From positions 992,001 through 1,056,000 of the forward strand of contig CBDDIJ010000002.1 of the NCBI GenBank assembly GCA_965228855.1: 64,000 nucleotides of DNA. The letters are read 5' to 3'. Both the position numbers and the translations under genes were made by a program. The notes beneath the pieces were generated by a model, which was not told the DNA's origin, made no database searches, and saw only the letters and a program-made list of their open reading frames with translations. Source of the DNA: Candidatus Obscuribacterales bacterium. Lineage in GTDB: Bacteria > Cyanobacteriota > Vampirovibrionia > Obscuribacterales > Obscuribacteraceae. The stretch's first letter is position 1. Every line of letters begins with the position of its first letter. Positions 20,761 through 30,929 of this stretch are shown here, one piece after another.

Positions 20761-21276
20761 ATGAGTACTGAAAACAATCCTGCCCCGCCGCCGAAGATCG
20801 AAGAACCGGCGCGCGAGGACTCGTATTTCGAGAAGCTGATCCGGTACATCCCGCTCGACATCATCGCGGCGTATCAGGCGATCGATGGTATCATTCGCGA
20901 TCAGGGCAGCAATCCGCTCTGGCTTTACTGGGCTGCGTTCGGCGGTCTGCTCGTTCTGACTCCGTTGTACACGGTCTATCGCCCCAACGTCCCGCCGTCG
21001 CTGCTGCACGCCAAGACGCGTTTCTGCGCCTTTGTGAGCACGGTCGCCTTCACCGTGTGGGTTTTCGCGCTCGGCGGTCCTTTCGCGATCACCTGGCCGG
21101 AACTCTACCGTCCGGTCTACGGGTCCGTCCTGCTCATCCTGACGGCTCTCGCCCTGCCCGTTGTCGAGAAGATCGTCCTGCGCGGCGGCACCATCCCCGG
21201 TGTCGGCAAGCGGCCGGCCGGCTCGGAAGACGCGGGTAAGCCTGGTCCCGACCAGGACTCCGACTCCGGCAAGTAA
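20761..21276 (+). CDS. Hypothetical membrane protein (about 4 TM)
   Basis: GGAG RBS, YFEKLIRYIP..WVFALGGPF, codon bias. Confidence 0.7.
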   Translation: MSTENNPAPPPKIEEPAREDSYFEKLIRYIPLDIIAAYQAIDGIIRDQGSNPLWLYWAAFGGLLVLTPLYTVYRPNVPPSLLHAKTRFCAFVSTVAFTVWVFALGGPFAITWPELYRPVYGSVLLILTALALPVVEKIVLRGGTIPGVGKRPAGSEDAGKPGPDQDSDSGK

Positions 21277-21377
21277 ACGCGCCACTGCTTGTGGTGCTCT
21301 CGAAAAATTGATGCGGTTGTGCTTACGAGGGATGCAGCGGGATTACCCGCTGCGAGCCCCTCCAGAGGACTCAACCT

Positions 21378-22289
21378 ATGACTGCTAAAGAAAAGCAGAC
21401 CTCGGTGAAATACGAGGTCGTTCTTGGTGGAGGTGGAATCAAAGGCTACGGACACATCGGTGTTTTGAAAGCCCTTCATGAACGCTCCATCAAGATTGGG
21501 ATGGTTACTGGTGTTTCGATTGGCTCTGCGGTCGCTGCGATGTATCGCAACGGCTACTCTCCCGACGAAGCGCTCGAAATCCTCCTCAAGGAATTCACCA
21601 TCTTCAACAAGAAGGTGATCGGCAAAGGCAAGAAGCCATCGAGCATGACGACGATGCTGTCGTTGGTCAGTGGTATCGACTTGCTGCCGTTTTTCCAGGA
21701 CGTGTTGACGCGCTACGAGGTCAAACCTCGTCGCAATCTTCGCATCGTCGCCTTCGACGCTCTGCAGATGAAACCCGTCGTGTTCCAGGGGCTCAAATAC
21801 GACATCGCAACCGCTGTTGCCGCGTCGTGCTCCATACCTGTCGTCATGCGTCCTGTCTGGACCGGCGACTGGAAGAAGGGGAAAACTGGGCGCACGATCG
21901 TCGATCGCGTGCGTGGCAAAGTTGACGAAACCGTCCTCGTGGATGGTGGCGTCTACCATCCTGCGCCACACGAGTTCTGCAAGGGACCGGCTATCATCAG
22001 CCGCCTCGGCGTCGCTTCGCAGATGCCCCAAGAGACTTACGACGAATGCAGCACCTGGGCGGAATATGTTTTCCAGTCCATCGAGGTCGCAGCGGGTCGG
22101 TTTATCAAACGCAACTTCCCGGACGAAAATTCCGGACACGTTGTCGTCAACAGCGGAAAGCCCGACGTTGGAACTCTGACGTTCGGCATCTGTCACGAAC
22201 AGGCGCTCGGCATGGTGGACTACGCTTACGCGGAAACCCACCGCGTGCTCGATTTGAAGAAGATTGGCACGCCGCCCACGTCCAAGTAA
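21378..22289 (+). CDS. Patatin-like phospholipase
   Basis: GGGGIKG, GVSIG, DGG motifs. Confidence 0.88.
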   Translation: MTAKEKQTSVKYEVVLGGGGIKGYGHIGVLKALHERSIKIGMVTGVSIGSAVAAMYRNGYSPDEALEILLKEFTIFNKKVIGKGKKPSSMTTMLSLVSGIDLLPFFQDVLTRYEVKPRRNLRIVAFDALQMKPVVFQGLKYDIATAVAASCSIPVVMRPVWTGDWKKGKTGRTIVDRVRGKVDETVLVDGGVYHPAPHEFCKGPAIISRLGVASQMPQETYDECSTWAEYVFQSIEVAAGRFIKRNFPDENSGHVVVNSGKPDVGTLTFGICHEQALGMVDYAYAETHRVLDLKKIGTPPTSK

Positions 22290-22292
22290 TTG

Positions 22293-22357
22293 TGCCGTGG
22301 GTCAGACACCGTCTGACCCATTGGCATTCCGCCGTTTGTCTACTATAAAATATCGGA
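22293..22357 (+). terminator. Terminal hairpin (22293-22326) plus box (22341-22357)
   Basis: tgggtcagac/gtctgaccca stem; TACTA-taaaata-TCGGA 14 nt later. Confidence 0.72.
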
Positions 22358-22436
22358 AGTGTAAGATGCTCTAAACGTTGTCAGTGAAGGCATTTTGAGT
22401 ATCTTGTTTGGGCCGGATTCCTTGCAAATTGACGTT

Positions 22437-22490
22437 TTGTCTACGGTAGAGCGCCGGATCTCGCGAATTCCGGCATTGCTGGATAGACAG
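22437..22490. repeat. 54-bp symmetric core between boxes 22341 and 22580 (weak)
   Basis: ttgtctac-ggtaga-gcgccg-gatctcgcgaattc-cggcat-tgctgg-atagacag. Confidence 0.72.
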
Positions 22491-22606
22491 CGAGGTGCTT
22501 CCCGATCCCACATTTGGTGCGAAGAACTGAAAGTACTGAATGGCTGCCCCAGTTGATAGAGTCTCCGTCAAACGGCGGATGCTGACTATTCTAGTAAGAT
22601 CCGGTT

Positions 22607-24256
22607 TTAGAGGGCGAACAAGAAGACTTTGGAAACGTAGCTGTAGTTGGCAAATTCCTTGGGTGGGTCGTTGGCGCTAAAGTAATTTGATTCGCCGATG
22701 AATGCGTAATGATCCTCGATGAGCTTCACTGTGTCCATTCGCGTGAGTTGGTCGTATGTTGCTCCGTCTTGAATTGTGATGAGTTGAGGTGGGTTCTCTT
22801 TCAAATCTTCGCGAAGTACATTATCGTAGAATTTCTCCAGGCGCTCGCGTTCTTTGCTATTTACGCCAGGCACCCACTGCGAGCGGTCCAAAACCGGGAT
22901 GTGGAATCCCCAAAGTATTCGCGAGCCCGGTTTGCGCTCTTGTAATGTTATAGCCGGGAATGCCGGTGCCGGTCCGTTGTCGAAGACCATTACCGAATCA
23001 CCCTTTTGGGTCTTCTCTGCGATTAATTCTGCAATGTCCGGTATGTCGGTCAGTTCGAAACCGCGCAGGTCTCGGGATGCGTTTTTCGCCACCATCATTT
23101 GTTTCTCTTGAACCAGCAGTGTCGATAGAGTGCAGGTTGCTAGTACAAATGCGGCTAGCATTGCCGGTTTCAATCTACAGGCGATTTCCAAAAGTTGCGA
23201 ACGCCGATATCGTTTTTTAGCTCGCCGACATGCTCGATGGAGGTCGGAAATCAGAGCGATTGAAACAAGTGGTATGGTCAGCGAGCTTGTCCAGAATATT
23301 GGAAGCGCGTTGTGCAGGTAGCCTTTGCACTCGGTGACGAAGAAGGCGAAGGCGGCCCAGCCGAGCACCGTTAGTGGTGTCATCAGGGAGTTCCGGCATC
23401 TTAGAGCAAGTGCCAGAACGGTCGAAAGAACCAGTAGGTAAAGCGAGGGTCTGGCGTCCGGCGTCGATAAGTAGCCATACATGCGGATGTCAAAGCTGAT
23501 GCGGTCCCAATTGATAATCGGAAGAACATTGGAAATATAACCATGCATCATTTGCGGTGCGAGGGAGTTTAATCCTATTTGGACCGCGATGTATGTGATT
23601 ACTGTCAGCGGAAGGACTCCGACGATCTTAACGGAAAGTCTCATGAATTGTAGTAGCAACGCGACTTCCCATACGATTAGTGCTGCTGCAAAAAGTGGAT
23701 CTAGTGTCGCAGCGATACCGCCTGCAATACCGCAAATTATGTATTCCCGTGGGCGCAATGATCGCCCTGAGTACTCGAGCCAGCGCGCGATGGCGAAGGG
23801 GATAAAGCCGAGCATGAGGTAATGTTCCGGCTCTGCAAACTGGTATGTGGCGGCGACGTTTAAAAAGCCTAGTGTTAGTAAGAGCATCTGGAATGAGAGC
23901 GAATCTCGCAGAAAAGAACGACTCAAAATCAGAGACGTGGAGAGTGCAAGCATCGCAGTCGCTAGTGACCATTCAAAAACGAGGGCGCAGCGAGCTAGAT
24001 CGTAGCCGGCTAAATTGAACGCTTGCGCAAGTTTTGCTGGAGCAAGACTGACGATCAGCATCATCGGAGCGTCCGGTGTAAAGACGTCCACATAAGCGGT
24101 ACGTCCTGCCAGCATCAGCTTTGCCGCTTCCAGTCGCGCGCAGACTTCAGGTGGGATTCCATCGACGCGGGCAAGCAAACATACAAGCGACAGCAGGCTT
24201 AGACTTGCTAAACCGCATACAAGGAGCGCTCTTCCGCGCTCTGCTTTCGTCCATAT
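22607..24256 (-). CDS. Polytopic membrane protein, GT-C glycosyltransferase-like (paralogue A); start uncertain
   Basis: Many TM segments; similar to 24258..25862 (YVD, EH.L, P..TLQ.R.P.SR); first TM lies upstream of the first TTG (24178). Confidence 0.6.
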   Translation of the reverse strand: MWTKAERGRALLVCGLASLSLLSLVCLLARVDGIPPEVCARLEAAKLMLAGRTAYVDVFTPDAPMMLIVSLAPAKLAQAFNLAGYDLARCALVFEWSLATAMLALSTSLILSRSFLRDSLSFQMLLLTLGFLNVAATYQFAEPEHYLMLGFIPFAIARWLEYSGRSLRPREYIICGIAGGIAATLDPLFAAALIVWEVALLLQFMRLSVKIVGVLPLTVITYIAVQIGLNSLAPQMMHGYISNVLPIINWDRISFDIRMYGYLSTPDARPSLYLLVLSTVLALALRCRNSLMTPLTVLGWAAFAFFVTECKGYLHNALPIFWTSSLTIPLVSIALISDLHRACRRAKKRYRRSQLLEIACRLKPAMLAAFVLATCTLSTLLVQEKQMMVAKNASRDLRGFELTDIPDIAELIAEKTQKGDSVMVFDNGPAPAFPAITLQERKPGSRILWGFHIPVLDRSQWVPGVNSKERERLEKFYDNVLREDLKENPPQLITIQDGATYDQLTRMDTVKLIEDHYAFIGESNYFSANDPPKEFANYSYVSKVFLFAL

Positions 24257-24257
24257 C

Positions 24258-25862
24258 TTATTGTCGTTGATAGAATCGATGCTCCTCGAATGTTTCCACC
24301 AGTTTATATTTGTTCAAATGCACATCGAAGAAACCGCCCTTCTCAAGCGGTTCTATGATTCCTGACTCCCTGACGATAATCAATGGCGGTTTGTTCTTTT
24401 CAATGTCAAGGCGATACTGCTCGATAATTTCGTTATAGAAACCTTCGAATTTTTTCTTGTCTTTTACTCGTGTCTTTTCCCACGCCAGATACTTAGCCAT
24501 CATGAGCGGCATGCCGTGAAGATAGCGGGAAGCGGGTCGTCTCTCTGTCTGGAGAGTGACCGGGTAGCCTGGCGAAATTGCGTCGGAGATGCAGAGAATG
24601 TAGTCGCCTTTGTTCGAGTATTTGAGCACCTTCTCGGCCCACGGATCAACATCATCAGCGGGACATTGACCTTTATAACCGATTCTACTCATGTCGAAGT
24701 GGTTCGTTTCATTCGTCTCCTTAGGCAGGTCTAGCAATGTCATGTAGCCGAGTGCCATGGCACACATTGCTCCACTCATATAAAGATTGAGCTGTTTCGA
24801 TTGGGGGGCGCAACCGGATATGAAACGCACTACGACTGCCAGTATCAGCCAGTTCAGAGTTATAACACCGTACTGAACCGGCACCCAGTGGTGTGACCAA
24901 TCTTGTGATGCCGCGATGTAAATTCCAAAGGCTGCTACTGTGAATGCGGCAGTGGGGGCGATTAACGAGCAGTATCGATTCAATGGAAGCGCGATCAGTA
25001 AAGTGATGGTGAAGTAGTACGTAAGCGTTCTGTTGAAGTCAGATATGGTTTTGAGAAACGAAACCGTGTAATAGTCGTAGCCGGTTTTCACCAGCGGAAC
25101 TACGAATGAGAAGAAACGGTCCTTCACTTCAGGATGCATGAGGATGAGGTGCGCACCGTATGTGATGCCCAGCAACGCGCAAGAAATTGTTTCCGGAGCC
25201 ACCAATTCCTTCCATCGTCGCCTTTGCAGGACGTAAACCAATTCGGGCGCCGCGGCCATGAGGAGGAAATGAGGCTTTAGCGATAAGGTCGCTGCCGCGT
25301 AGAGCCCCGCAAAAATTGCAATTCCGCGATGAATGGCGACGCCTCGCCAGCGTAAGTAACGAACGACGAAAAACGGCAAATATGTGATAAGAAGCAGATG
25401 TTCGCGTTGACCGAAATCAAGGACCTCGAGTTTACTTATGAAGAGATATCCAAGCAAAAATGGTATGTAGCAGTAAGAGTCGACGCCTTTTCTGTCTTTA
25501 AACAGTAGATAGCCAGACACCACTAGCGATACCATAATCAGCGCCAGTAGAAACAGTTCGAAAGCGAGCGGGCTGGGGAGATGGAATGCGCGAGAGATCA
25601 GAATAGCTGGCACGTTCAAGTACGTAATCAATGGCGGGTTAAAATCGACCATGTCGACGTACAATTTCTTCCCGTCAAGCAAGAGACCTGCGGTGGCAAG
25701 GTACATGGATTGGTCGGGAAACTGGAGAAGCGGGTGATGAAGCCAGAAGGCTAATATTCCGAGATACACGGAGCCTAACGCCACAAGCGCAATGCCGATA
25801 ACGAAAGCGGGATGAATAGCCGCTTCCGCCGATTCGATTTCTACTTGACTGGTCTCGCTCAC
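24258..25862 (-). CDS. Polytopic membrane protein, GT-C glycosyltransferase-like (paralogue B)
   Basis: LYVDMVDFNPPL, FGQREH, LKPHF, multiple TM. Confidence 0.65.
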   Translation of the reverse strand: MSETSQVEIESAEAAIHPAFVIGIALVALGSVYLGILAFWLHHPLLQFPDQSMYLATAGLLLDGKKLYVDMVDFNPPLITYLNVPAILISRAFHLPSPLAFELFLLALIMVSLVVSGYLLFKDRKGVDSYCYIPFLLGYLFISKLEVLDFGQREHLLLITYLPFFVVRYLRWRGVAIHRGIAIFAGLYAAATLSLKPHFLLMAAAPELVYVLQRRRWKELVAPETISCALLGITYGAHLILMHPEVKDRFFSFVVPLVKTGYDYYTVSFLKTISDFNRTLTYYFTITLLIALPLNRYCSLIAPTAAFTVAAFGIYIAASQDWSHHWVPVQYGVITLNWLILAVVVRFISGCAPQSKQLNLYMSGAMCAMALGYMTLLDLPKETNETNHFDMSRIGYKGQCPADDVDPWAEKVLKYSNKGDYILCISDAISPGYPVTLQTERRPASRYLHGMPLMMAKYLAWEKTRVKDKKKFEGFYNEIIEQYRLDIEKNKPPLIIVRESGIIEPLEKGGFFDVHLNKYKLVETFEEHRFYQRQ

Positions 25863-25971
25863 TTAGTTTAATTGATTCGAGCCGACTGCTTTGCCTCTGC
25901 CATTATGCGGCTACCGGCGTCGGCCAGCAAGGTCCGATAAAAACTGGTGCGAGCGTTTTCTTCAGCCCATG

Positions 25972-26622
25972 CTAATAGTCGAGGAGCATCTCCTCTTCGT
26001 CTGAGGTTGTGTATTCTTCGGCAATTTCTTCACTGACACCGCGAATTCCGCGAGGGACCGTTGTGTTTCTATAGACTCGATCTATGTCGACGGATAGCTC
26101 ATCTCCCTTCTTGAATTTCAGATGGATGGTTTCTCCGGAGATGTATTCGCGGAGCTCCCATCCTCCCGTTTCCGAGCGTTGATAAGCCTCTACACGTTTT
26201 CGCTTCTGGTGTAAAATCAAATAAGTCCGCAATGAGTCGATGTTCAAATAGTTGATGAGTTTTTCTCTTCTATCTTGTACGGCTGTTGATGGAGAGAGAA
26301 CCTCCGCTATGAATACGGGCTCTTCGGTAAACTCGATATCGTCGTTGAGACCGCTGCAAGCGATGACGACGTCTGGATAATAGAAGCAGTTTGCGCTTTC
26401 TATGCGTACTTTAAATGACTCTATGAACGCCAGGCAGGGCGTTTCATCTAAGTGATCGCTCAGGGCGCGATACAGATTTCCGGCTATGACGTTATGTTTC
26501 TGATTGGCTCCACTCATGGTGAAAACCAAGCCGTCTACGAATTCTCGTCGGACGGTCGATTTCCGTTCACTCGCCAGATATCCCTCGGCGGTCAAGAATT
26601 CGATCTTCTTCACTTCGCTCAT
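25972..26622 (-). CDS. Uma2 family (DUF820) PD-(D/E)xK endonuclease-like protein
   Basis: EFVDG..MSG...HN.I, YYPDV, AEVLSPST...DRREK..Y. Confidence 0.88.
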   Translation of the reverse strand: MSEVKKIEFLTAEGYLASERKSTVRREFVDGLVFTMSGANQKHNVIAGNLYRALSDHLDETPCLAFIESFKVRIESANCFYYPDVVIACSGLNDDIEFTEEPVFIAEVLSPSTAVQDRREKLINYLNIDSLRTYLILHQKRKRVEAYQRSETGGWELREYISGETIHLKFKKGDELSVDIDRVYRNTTVPRGIRGVSEEIAEEYTTSDEEEMLLDY

Positions 26623-26833
26623 ATAAAGACCCTCCACTCCCTCAATTGTAGTGGCGCGAACTTATCTACGCCAGCTTGTGGTTTGGAGTTCGAAAAGGCC
26701 AAATGGGCGTTAACGGGGTAATCCGTCAAGACCATCGCGGGCTACCGGTTCCAGTGTCCGGGTAGCGGACCGACTATCAGTCTGCGCGAATGCGGGACGT
26801 CTGGTAGGTAAAAAATACTCCCGAGCTCCTCGG

Positions 26834-26887
26834 TTGGCTATCTGAGGATGACGAATTCCTGTAAATTCGGCATCGTCAGATAGACAA
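26834..26887. repeat. 54-bp symmetric core
   Basis: ttggctat-ctgagg-atgacg-aattcctgtaaatt-cggcat-cgtcag-atagacaa. Confidence 0.75.
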
Positions 26888-26954
26888 GGCCGGGTGTGGG
26901 ATTGTTCTGCGGTCTGGCGAAGCCCGAACCACAAGAGTTTTGACACTCTGGTCG

Positions 26955-27017
26955 TAGTATGGCATATAGTAGTAATTTCCTCCAAAAAAAAGAGAGGCAC
27001 CGTCCGTGGTGTCTCTC
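26955..27017 (-). terminator. Terminal hairpin with U-tract (26984-27017) plus box (26955-26971)
   Basis: agagaggcac/gtgtctctct stem, A-tract on + strand; TAGTA-tggcata-TAGTA. Confidence 0.78.
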
Positions 27018-27083
27018 TCTCGCCTGTGCTCAATCGGTTTTAAACTGCTGGCGCTGTCGGTTTCACCCTTGCCCCGCAGCTGC

Positions 27084-27725
27084 TCAGCTTGCGGCTCGGC
27101 GCTTTCGGCGAAGCGGGTTGTACGCCAGCGCTTTCTTGTTGCGCAGCTTGGTGCGAAGCGCCTCCAGCGCCAGGTCTTCTTCCTCCTCGAACTCCACGAA
27201 TCCAGCCTCCGGCTCGTCGTCGGAGTAGAGTCCGCAGCAGTACGCGCAACCGCACGAGTAGTCGTAGTCGAGTTCGTAGCCGAAGCCGATTGGCGGCAGC
27301 GCGTCCGCGTCGATCACCAGCCCGTCGGCGTATGCCTTACGCAACTCATAAAGGTTGCGACCGGCAGCGCGAGCTTCGTCACGAGCGCGCTCCAGCTGTT
27401 TCTCCGCCCAATACTCCGCGTCGATGGCGCGGTAGTAATGGCGCTGGTTGTGGCGTTCGCTTTCCTCTTCCAACCACGCGGCGTAGCTTTCGCGGAAGCT
27501 CAGGCTGACCTCGCAGCAGCACGGACGCTCGAGGTCCTTGCGGATGCTCGCCAGCACCTCCATGCGCTCACGGTAGAGCTCGTTCAGCTCGCCGACGACA
27601 GCCAGGTGTTCCTTCCTTGCTAACGTCAGGTCCAGGCGCGCTCTGGCCAGCGCCTCATCGGCGCTGCGCTTGTCCTCAATCGCCCAGCCGAGCTGGAGGG
27701 TGGTCGCAACGTACTCTTGATCCAT
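27084..27725 (-). CDS. Hypothetical coiled-coil protein with Cys cluster and acidic/basic tail
   Basis: AGGAG RBS, codon bias, CGCAYCC. Confidence 0.7.
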   Translation of the reverse strand: MDQEYVATTLQLGWAIEDKRSADEALARARLDLTLARKEHLAVVGELNELYRERMEVLASIRKDLERPCCCEVSLSFRESYAAWLEEESERHNQRHYYRAIDAEYWAEKQLERARDEARAAGRNLYELRKAYADGLVIDADALPPIGFGYELDYDYSCGCAYCCGLYSDDEPEAGFVEFEEEEDLALEALRTKLRNKKALAYNPLRRKRRAAS

Positions 27726-27801
27726 AAGTGAGCTCCTGGAGGAATCGAAGTCGTTTCAACTACTGAAGTCGAAACTGTGAAACGGAGAACGGGGCCGACT
27801 G

Positions 27802-28029
27802 CTAAGTCAGTTGGAAAGCTCGAACCGAGTAACAGTACTCACCGCCGCGGCGTCGGCTGCCGACCCAGACGACGGCGGATGCGCTGTTCTCGTCGTACTC
27901 TCGCCAATCGCGCAGCTTGCCCTGCTCGCGGATGTACTGCTCCGCGAGAGCCATCGACGACCGCACGGCGACGACGCTGAAACCTTCGTCGATGCCGCGT
28001 TCACACCTCGAGATTACAAAAACGTTCAT
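27802..28029 (-). CDS. Small hypothetical protein
   Basis: AAAGGA RBS before MNVFVISRCE; 75 aa. Confidence 0.6.
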   Translation of the reverse strand: MNVFVISRCERGIDEGFSVVAVRSSMALAEQYIREQGKLRDWREYDENSASAVVWVGSRRRGGEYCYSVRAFQLT

Positions 28030-28062
28030 GCTTATCCTTTCTGAATGTGCTGGAGAGAAGAG

Positions 28063-28134
28063 CACGGTCGGAGGGATTCGAACCCCCACTGCATGGTTTT
28101 GGAGACCAGCAGGCTACCGTTACAACACGACCGT
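28063..28134 (-). tRNA. tRNA-Trp(CCA), atypical D-stem, 3' CCA not encoded
   Basis: ACGGTCG/CGACCGT acceptor stem, CT-CCA-AA anticodon loop, GGGGG-TTCGAAT-CCCTC T-arm, discriminator G. Confidence 0.85.
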
Positions 28135-28261
28135 GTGAAACCGTTCATGCAAGACGCGGCGCGGAGTCGCCCGAGCAAAGCTCGTGGCCCATCATCGCTA
28201 TTTGACCTGTCTTGCATGAACGGTGGTTTGCCTGCCACTACCAACAGTGGCAGGCCGATTG

Positions 28262-29023
28262 TCAGACGTCCTTGCGGGTCAGGGTGACGCGCAGGTTCTC
28301 GTCGATTTCAAGCACCTTCGTCTTCAGCCCCTTGCCCTCCGAGATGGACCCGGCGTTGGTCTTGCCGAGTTCGCGGTCCGGGAGGAAGCCGGTGAAGTCG
28401 CCGAAGTTGACCACCCAGCCGTCCCCGCGGCGCGCCAGCACCGTGCCGGTGTGCTTCGTGCCGACCGCGAACGAGCTGGCGAGCTTCTGGCGGAGGGGCA
28501 CCAGGCGCTCGCTCAGCTTGATGCTCAGGTCGCCGCGGTCGTCGCGCCCGACGCTCAGCACCTCGAGCGTCAGCACGGCACCCTCCTTGACCGTCGCCAG
28601 GCGCTGGTCGCGCACCTTGCGCGTGGCGCCGACCAGCTCGCTGCCGTGCAGGAAGGCGTCGTAGCCCGCGGCCTGACCGTCCGCGATGGTGACGACCAGA
28701 CCGACTTCCAGCAGGCGCGCCACGGTCGCCTTGACCGTCGTGCCGGGCTGCAGACCGGCGATGACGTCGTCGTCGCGGTACAGCTCGGACAGCGTCACCT
28801 TGGCGCCCTGAACGTCGACGACGTCGACCTCCACCTTGGCGCCCGCCACGAGGCTCTGCAGGCGGCGGTCGCGGGAGCGGCGGGAGCCGCCGAAGAGGCG
28901 GCTGACGTGCAAGAGCCCGTTGCCGCCGCCCTCGAAATCGGCGATGACGCCGTAGTCGCGGACCTCGCGGATGCTGCCGGTCAGCCGGGCGCCCTTGACC
29001 ACGTTCGTGTTGATCGTCTTCAT
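28262..29023 (-). CDS. S1 RNA-binding protein (three S1 domains, bS1-like)
   Basis: GLLHVSRL, AFLHGSEL, GFLPDREL S1 signatures. Confidence 0.85.
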   Translation of the reverse strand: MKTINTNVVKGARLTGSIREVRDYGVIADFEGGGNGLLHVSRLFGGSRRSRDRRLQSLVAGAKVEVDVVDVQGAKVTLSELYRDDDVIAGLQPGTTVKATVARLLEVGLVVTIADGQAAGYDAFLHGSELVGATRKVRDQRLATVKEGAVLTLEVLSVGRDDRGDLSIKLSERLVPLRQKLASSFAVGTKHTGTVLARRGDGWVVNFGDFTGFLPDRELGKTNAGSISEGKGLKTKVLEIDENLRVTLTRKDV

Positions 29024-29438
29024 AAGCGTCTCCCGAAAAGAGGTGTTGACCGCTCGCAATCTGCGAGCAGCGAAGTTGGAACAGCGGACGATTTCAATAT
29101 CGAAAACGCCAGTCGCGCTGCTGCTCGACGCAGAAGTGCTTCCAGCGGTTGTTTTTCAGCTAATCGGAACGAAACAGCAGGGACTGTTAGCGCGTGGCTA
29201 AGTAGTTGGTATCGCAGGTGGTGAGAAGAGGTGCTCGCTGCTGTTTTGTTCGTCGCTCTTTGAAAAAAGGTTGATTGCAATGATGACGCCATCCTATGGA
29301 ACGGGCTTGGCTTTCCGCAATCGGGAATCTGCGAATTAATGCAAACTCAGTTGGTTTAAACCGCTTTCAACGTTCGCGAACTCTCGCTTGTGATCTTACA
29401 CAAGAGCATGACTCCGTATGCGGTGACATCGTTACCGA

Positions 29439-30536
29439 TTATGTCTTGTCGTCGAATTTGTTCAAAATTGCTTTTATAGAATGCGCGTGCGCCATGCCGG
29501 ACTCTCTGCCGTAGCCGCCTGCGAGAACCATCGCGACGGGAACGTTTTTCCCGCGTGCACATTCGACGACGAATAAATCGCGTTTGTTCATATCTGTAGA
29601 TGCAAGCTTGAAAGTGGACAGCGGGTCTGACTCCAGCACGTCGGAGCCGGCGTTGCATACAATCAAATCCGGTTTCACCTTGTCTATCGCAACTGGAAGT
29701 GTTTCTTCCAACGTAGATAGATAGACCTTTCCGCTCGTGTTTCGCGGGAATGGTACCGACCAGTCCTCTTCGACTTTCGGGTGGGGATAGATAGTTTCGT
29801 CATAAAAATCAAGCATGAATAGACCAGATCCGATCTTCTTAGCTTCGGTCGCGAAACCATTACCTTGATGCGCATCAGTATCGACAATCATGACGGTCTT
29901 TGCTAAACCCTCGTTCTGCAAGACTTTTGCGGCGATTGGAATATCCGAATATGCGCAAAAGCCACCGCCGTTGTTTTCACAAGCATGGTGATAGCCACCG
30001 CCAACATTAATCGCAAGTCCGTGTTTCAACGCCTTCCGCATAGTGAGAAGTGTGCCGCCTGCTGCAATGCGCATCGGTTTTAAAATTCTCCAGTCCAGCA
30101 AAATTGCAGGCACGAACATCGTCGGCGCAACTTCAAAGATTTTCGCGAGTTCGAAACTATCAGTGAGCGACTTGAGATAACGTTCCGAATGCACCAGCCT
30201 GAGCTGTTCTCTGGTGATGCTGTTTGGTCTCAAAAAGTCGCTGTCCGATCGCAGTCCGGATTTCGTCAGTTCCTTATGTATCTTTGCGTACTTGGTCGAG
30301 TCAAAGGGATGCAGTTTTTCAATTCCAAAAGCAGTGAAGTTATAGTGCGGGCTATAGATCAATGGGACTAAACCGTTTTCTATCGCCTCGGTTTTCTTCT
30401 CCGAAACTGCTTCTTCTATATCGTCGGCGAGCAAATAAGTGAGACCGCCCATGGAGGCCGCCCCCATTAGAAAAAGCAGTTGACGTCGCGACAACTTGCC
30501 GGCCAATCTGAATTGCTCCTGCCACAGTCTTTCCAT
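29439..30536 (-). CDS. Histone deacetylase family protein (HDAC11/class IV-like) with twin-Arg leader
   Basis: HPFD, GGGYHHA, GGFC, DTDAHQGNG, GGY; SRRQLL followed by a hydrophobic stretch. Confidence 0.85.
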   Translation of the reverse strand: MERLWQEQFRLAGKLSRRQLLFLMGAASMGGLTYLLADDIEEAVSEKKTEAIENGLVPLIYSPHYNFTAFGIEKLHPFDSTKYAKIHKELTKSGLRSDSDFLRPNSITREQLRLVHSERYLKSLTDSFELAKIFEVAPTMFVPAILLDWRILKPMRIAAGGTLLTMRKALKHGLAINVGGGYHHACENNGGGFCAYSDIPIAAKVLQNEGLAKTVMIVDTDAHQGNGFATEAKKIGSGLFMLDFYDETIYPHPKVEEDWSVPFPRNTSGKVYLSTLEETLPVAIDKVKPDLIVCNAGSDVLESDPLSTFKLASTDMNKRDLFVVECARGKNVPVAMVLAGGYGRESGMAHAHSIKAILNKFDDKT

Positions 30537-30929
30537 CCTAGCAAACGCGTTGTGATATTTCGGACGGCGGAGCCGAATTTATTGGAATGCGATGCGCTGA
30601 AAGCTGGAACCAAGAGGGTTTCGGGATGTGAAATTTTTGTCGCGTGTAAATACGAATTGTTCCTGAGGGCTTTTGTTTTTAGACTGCGATGACTGTTGTG
30701 GTTTCTTTGAGAGAAAAATACGGATGAGATCAAGGCGGCCAGGGCGTCGGCGAAAGCTGCTAAGACCGCGGATTCGAAAGTGTCGGAGTTGAAAGAACCG
30801 CCGCCACCTGGGTTTGATAAGTAATCATCGAAATCCTTGAGTGAGCGTTCATCCAGCGTTAATTTTTATCGAGTCTCCAAACAGTTGTAATGCGGGTACA
30901 TTACTGTAAGACCCAGATTCGTGGCTTGA

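Noticed and set aside
26955..29300. Prophage or integrative element at tRNA-Trp
   Set aside because: No integrase, no structural genes and no duplicated tRNA 3' end in the window.
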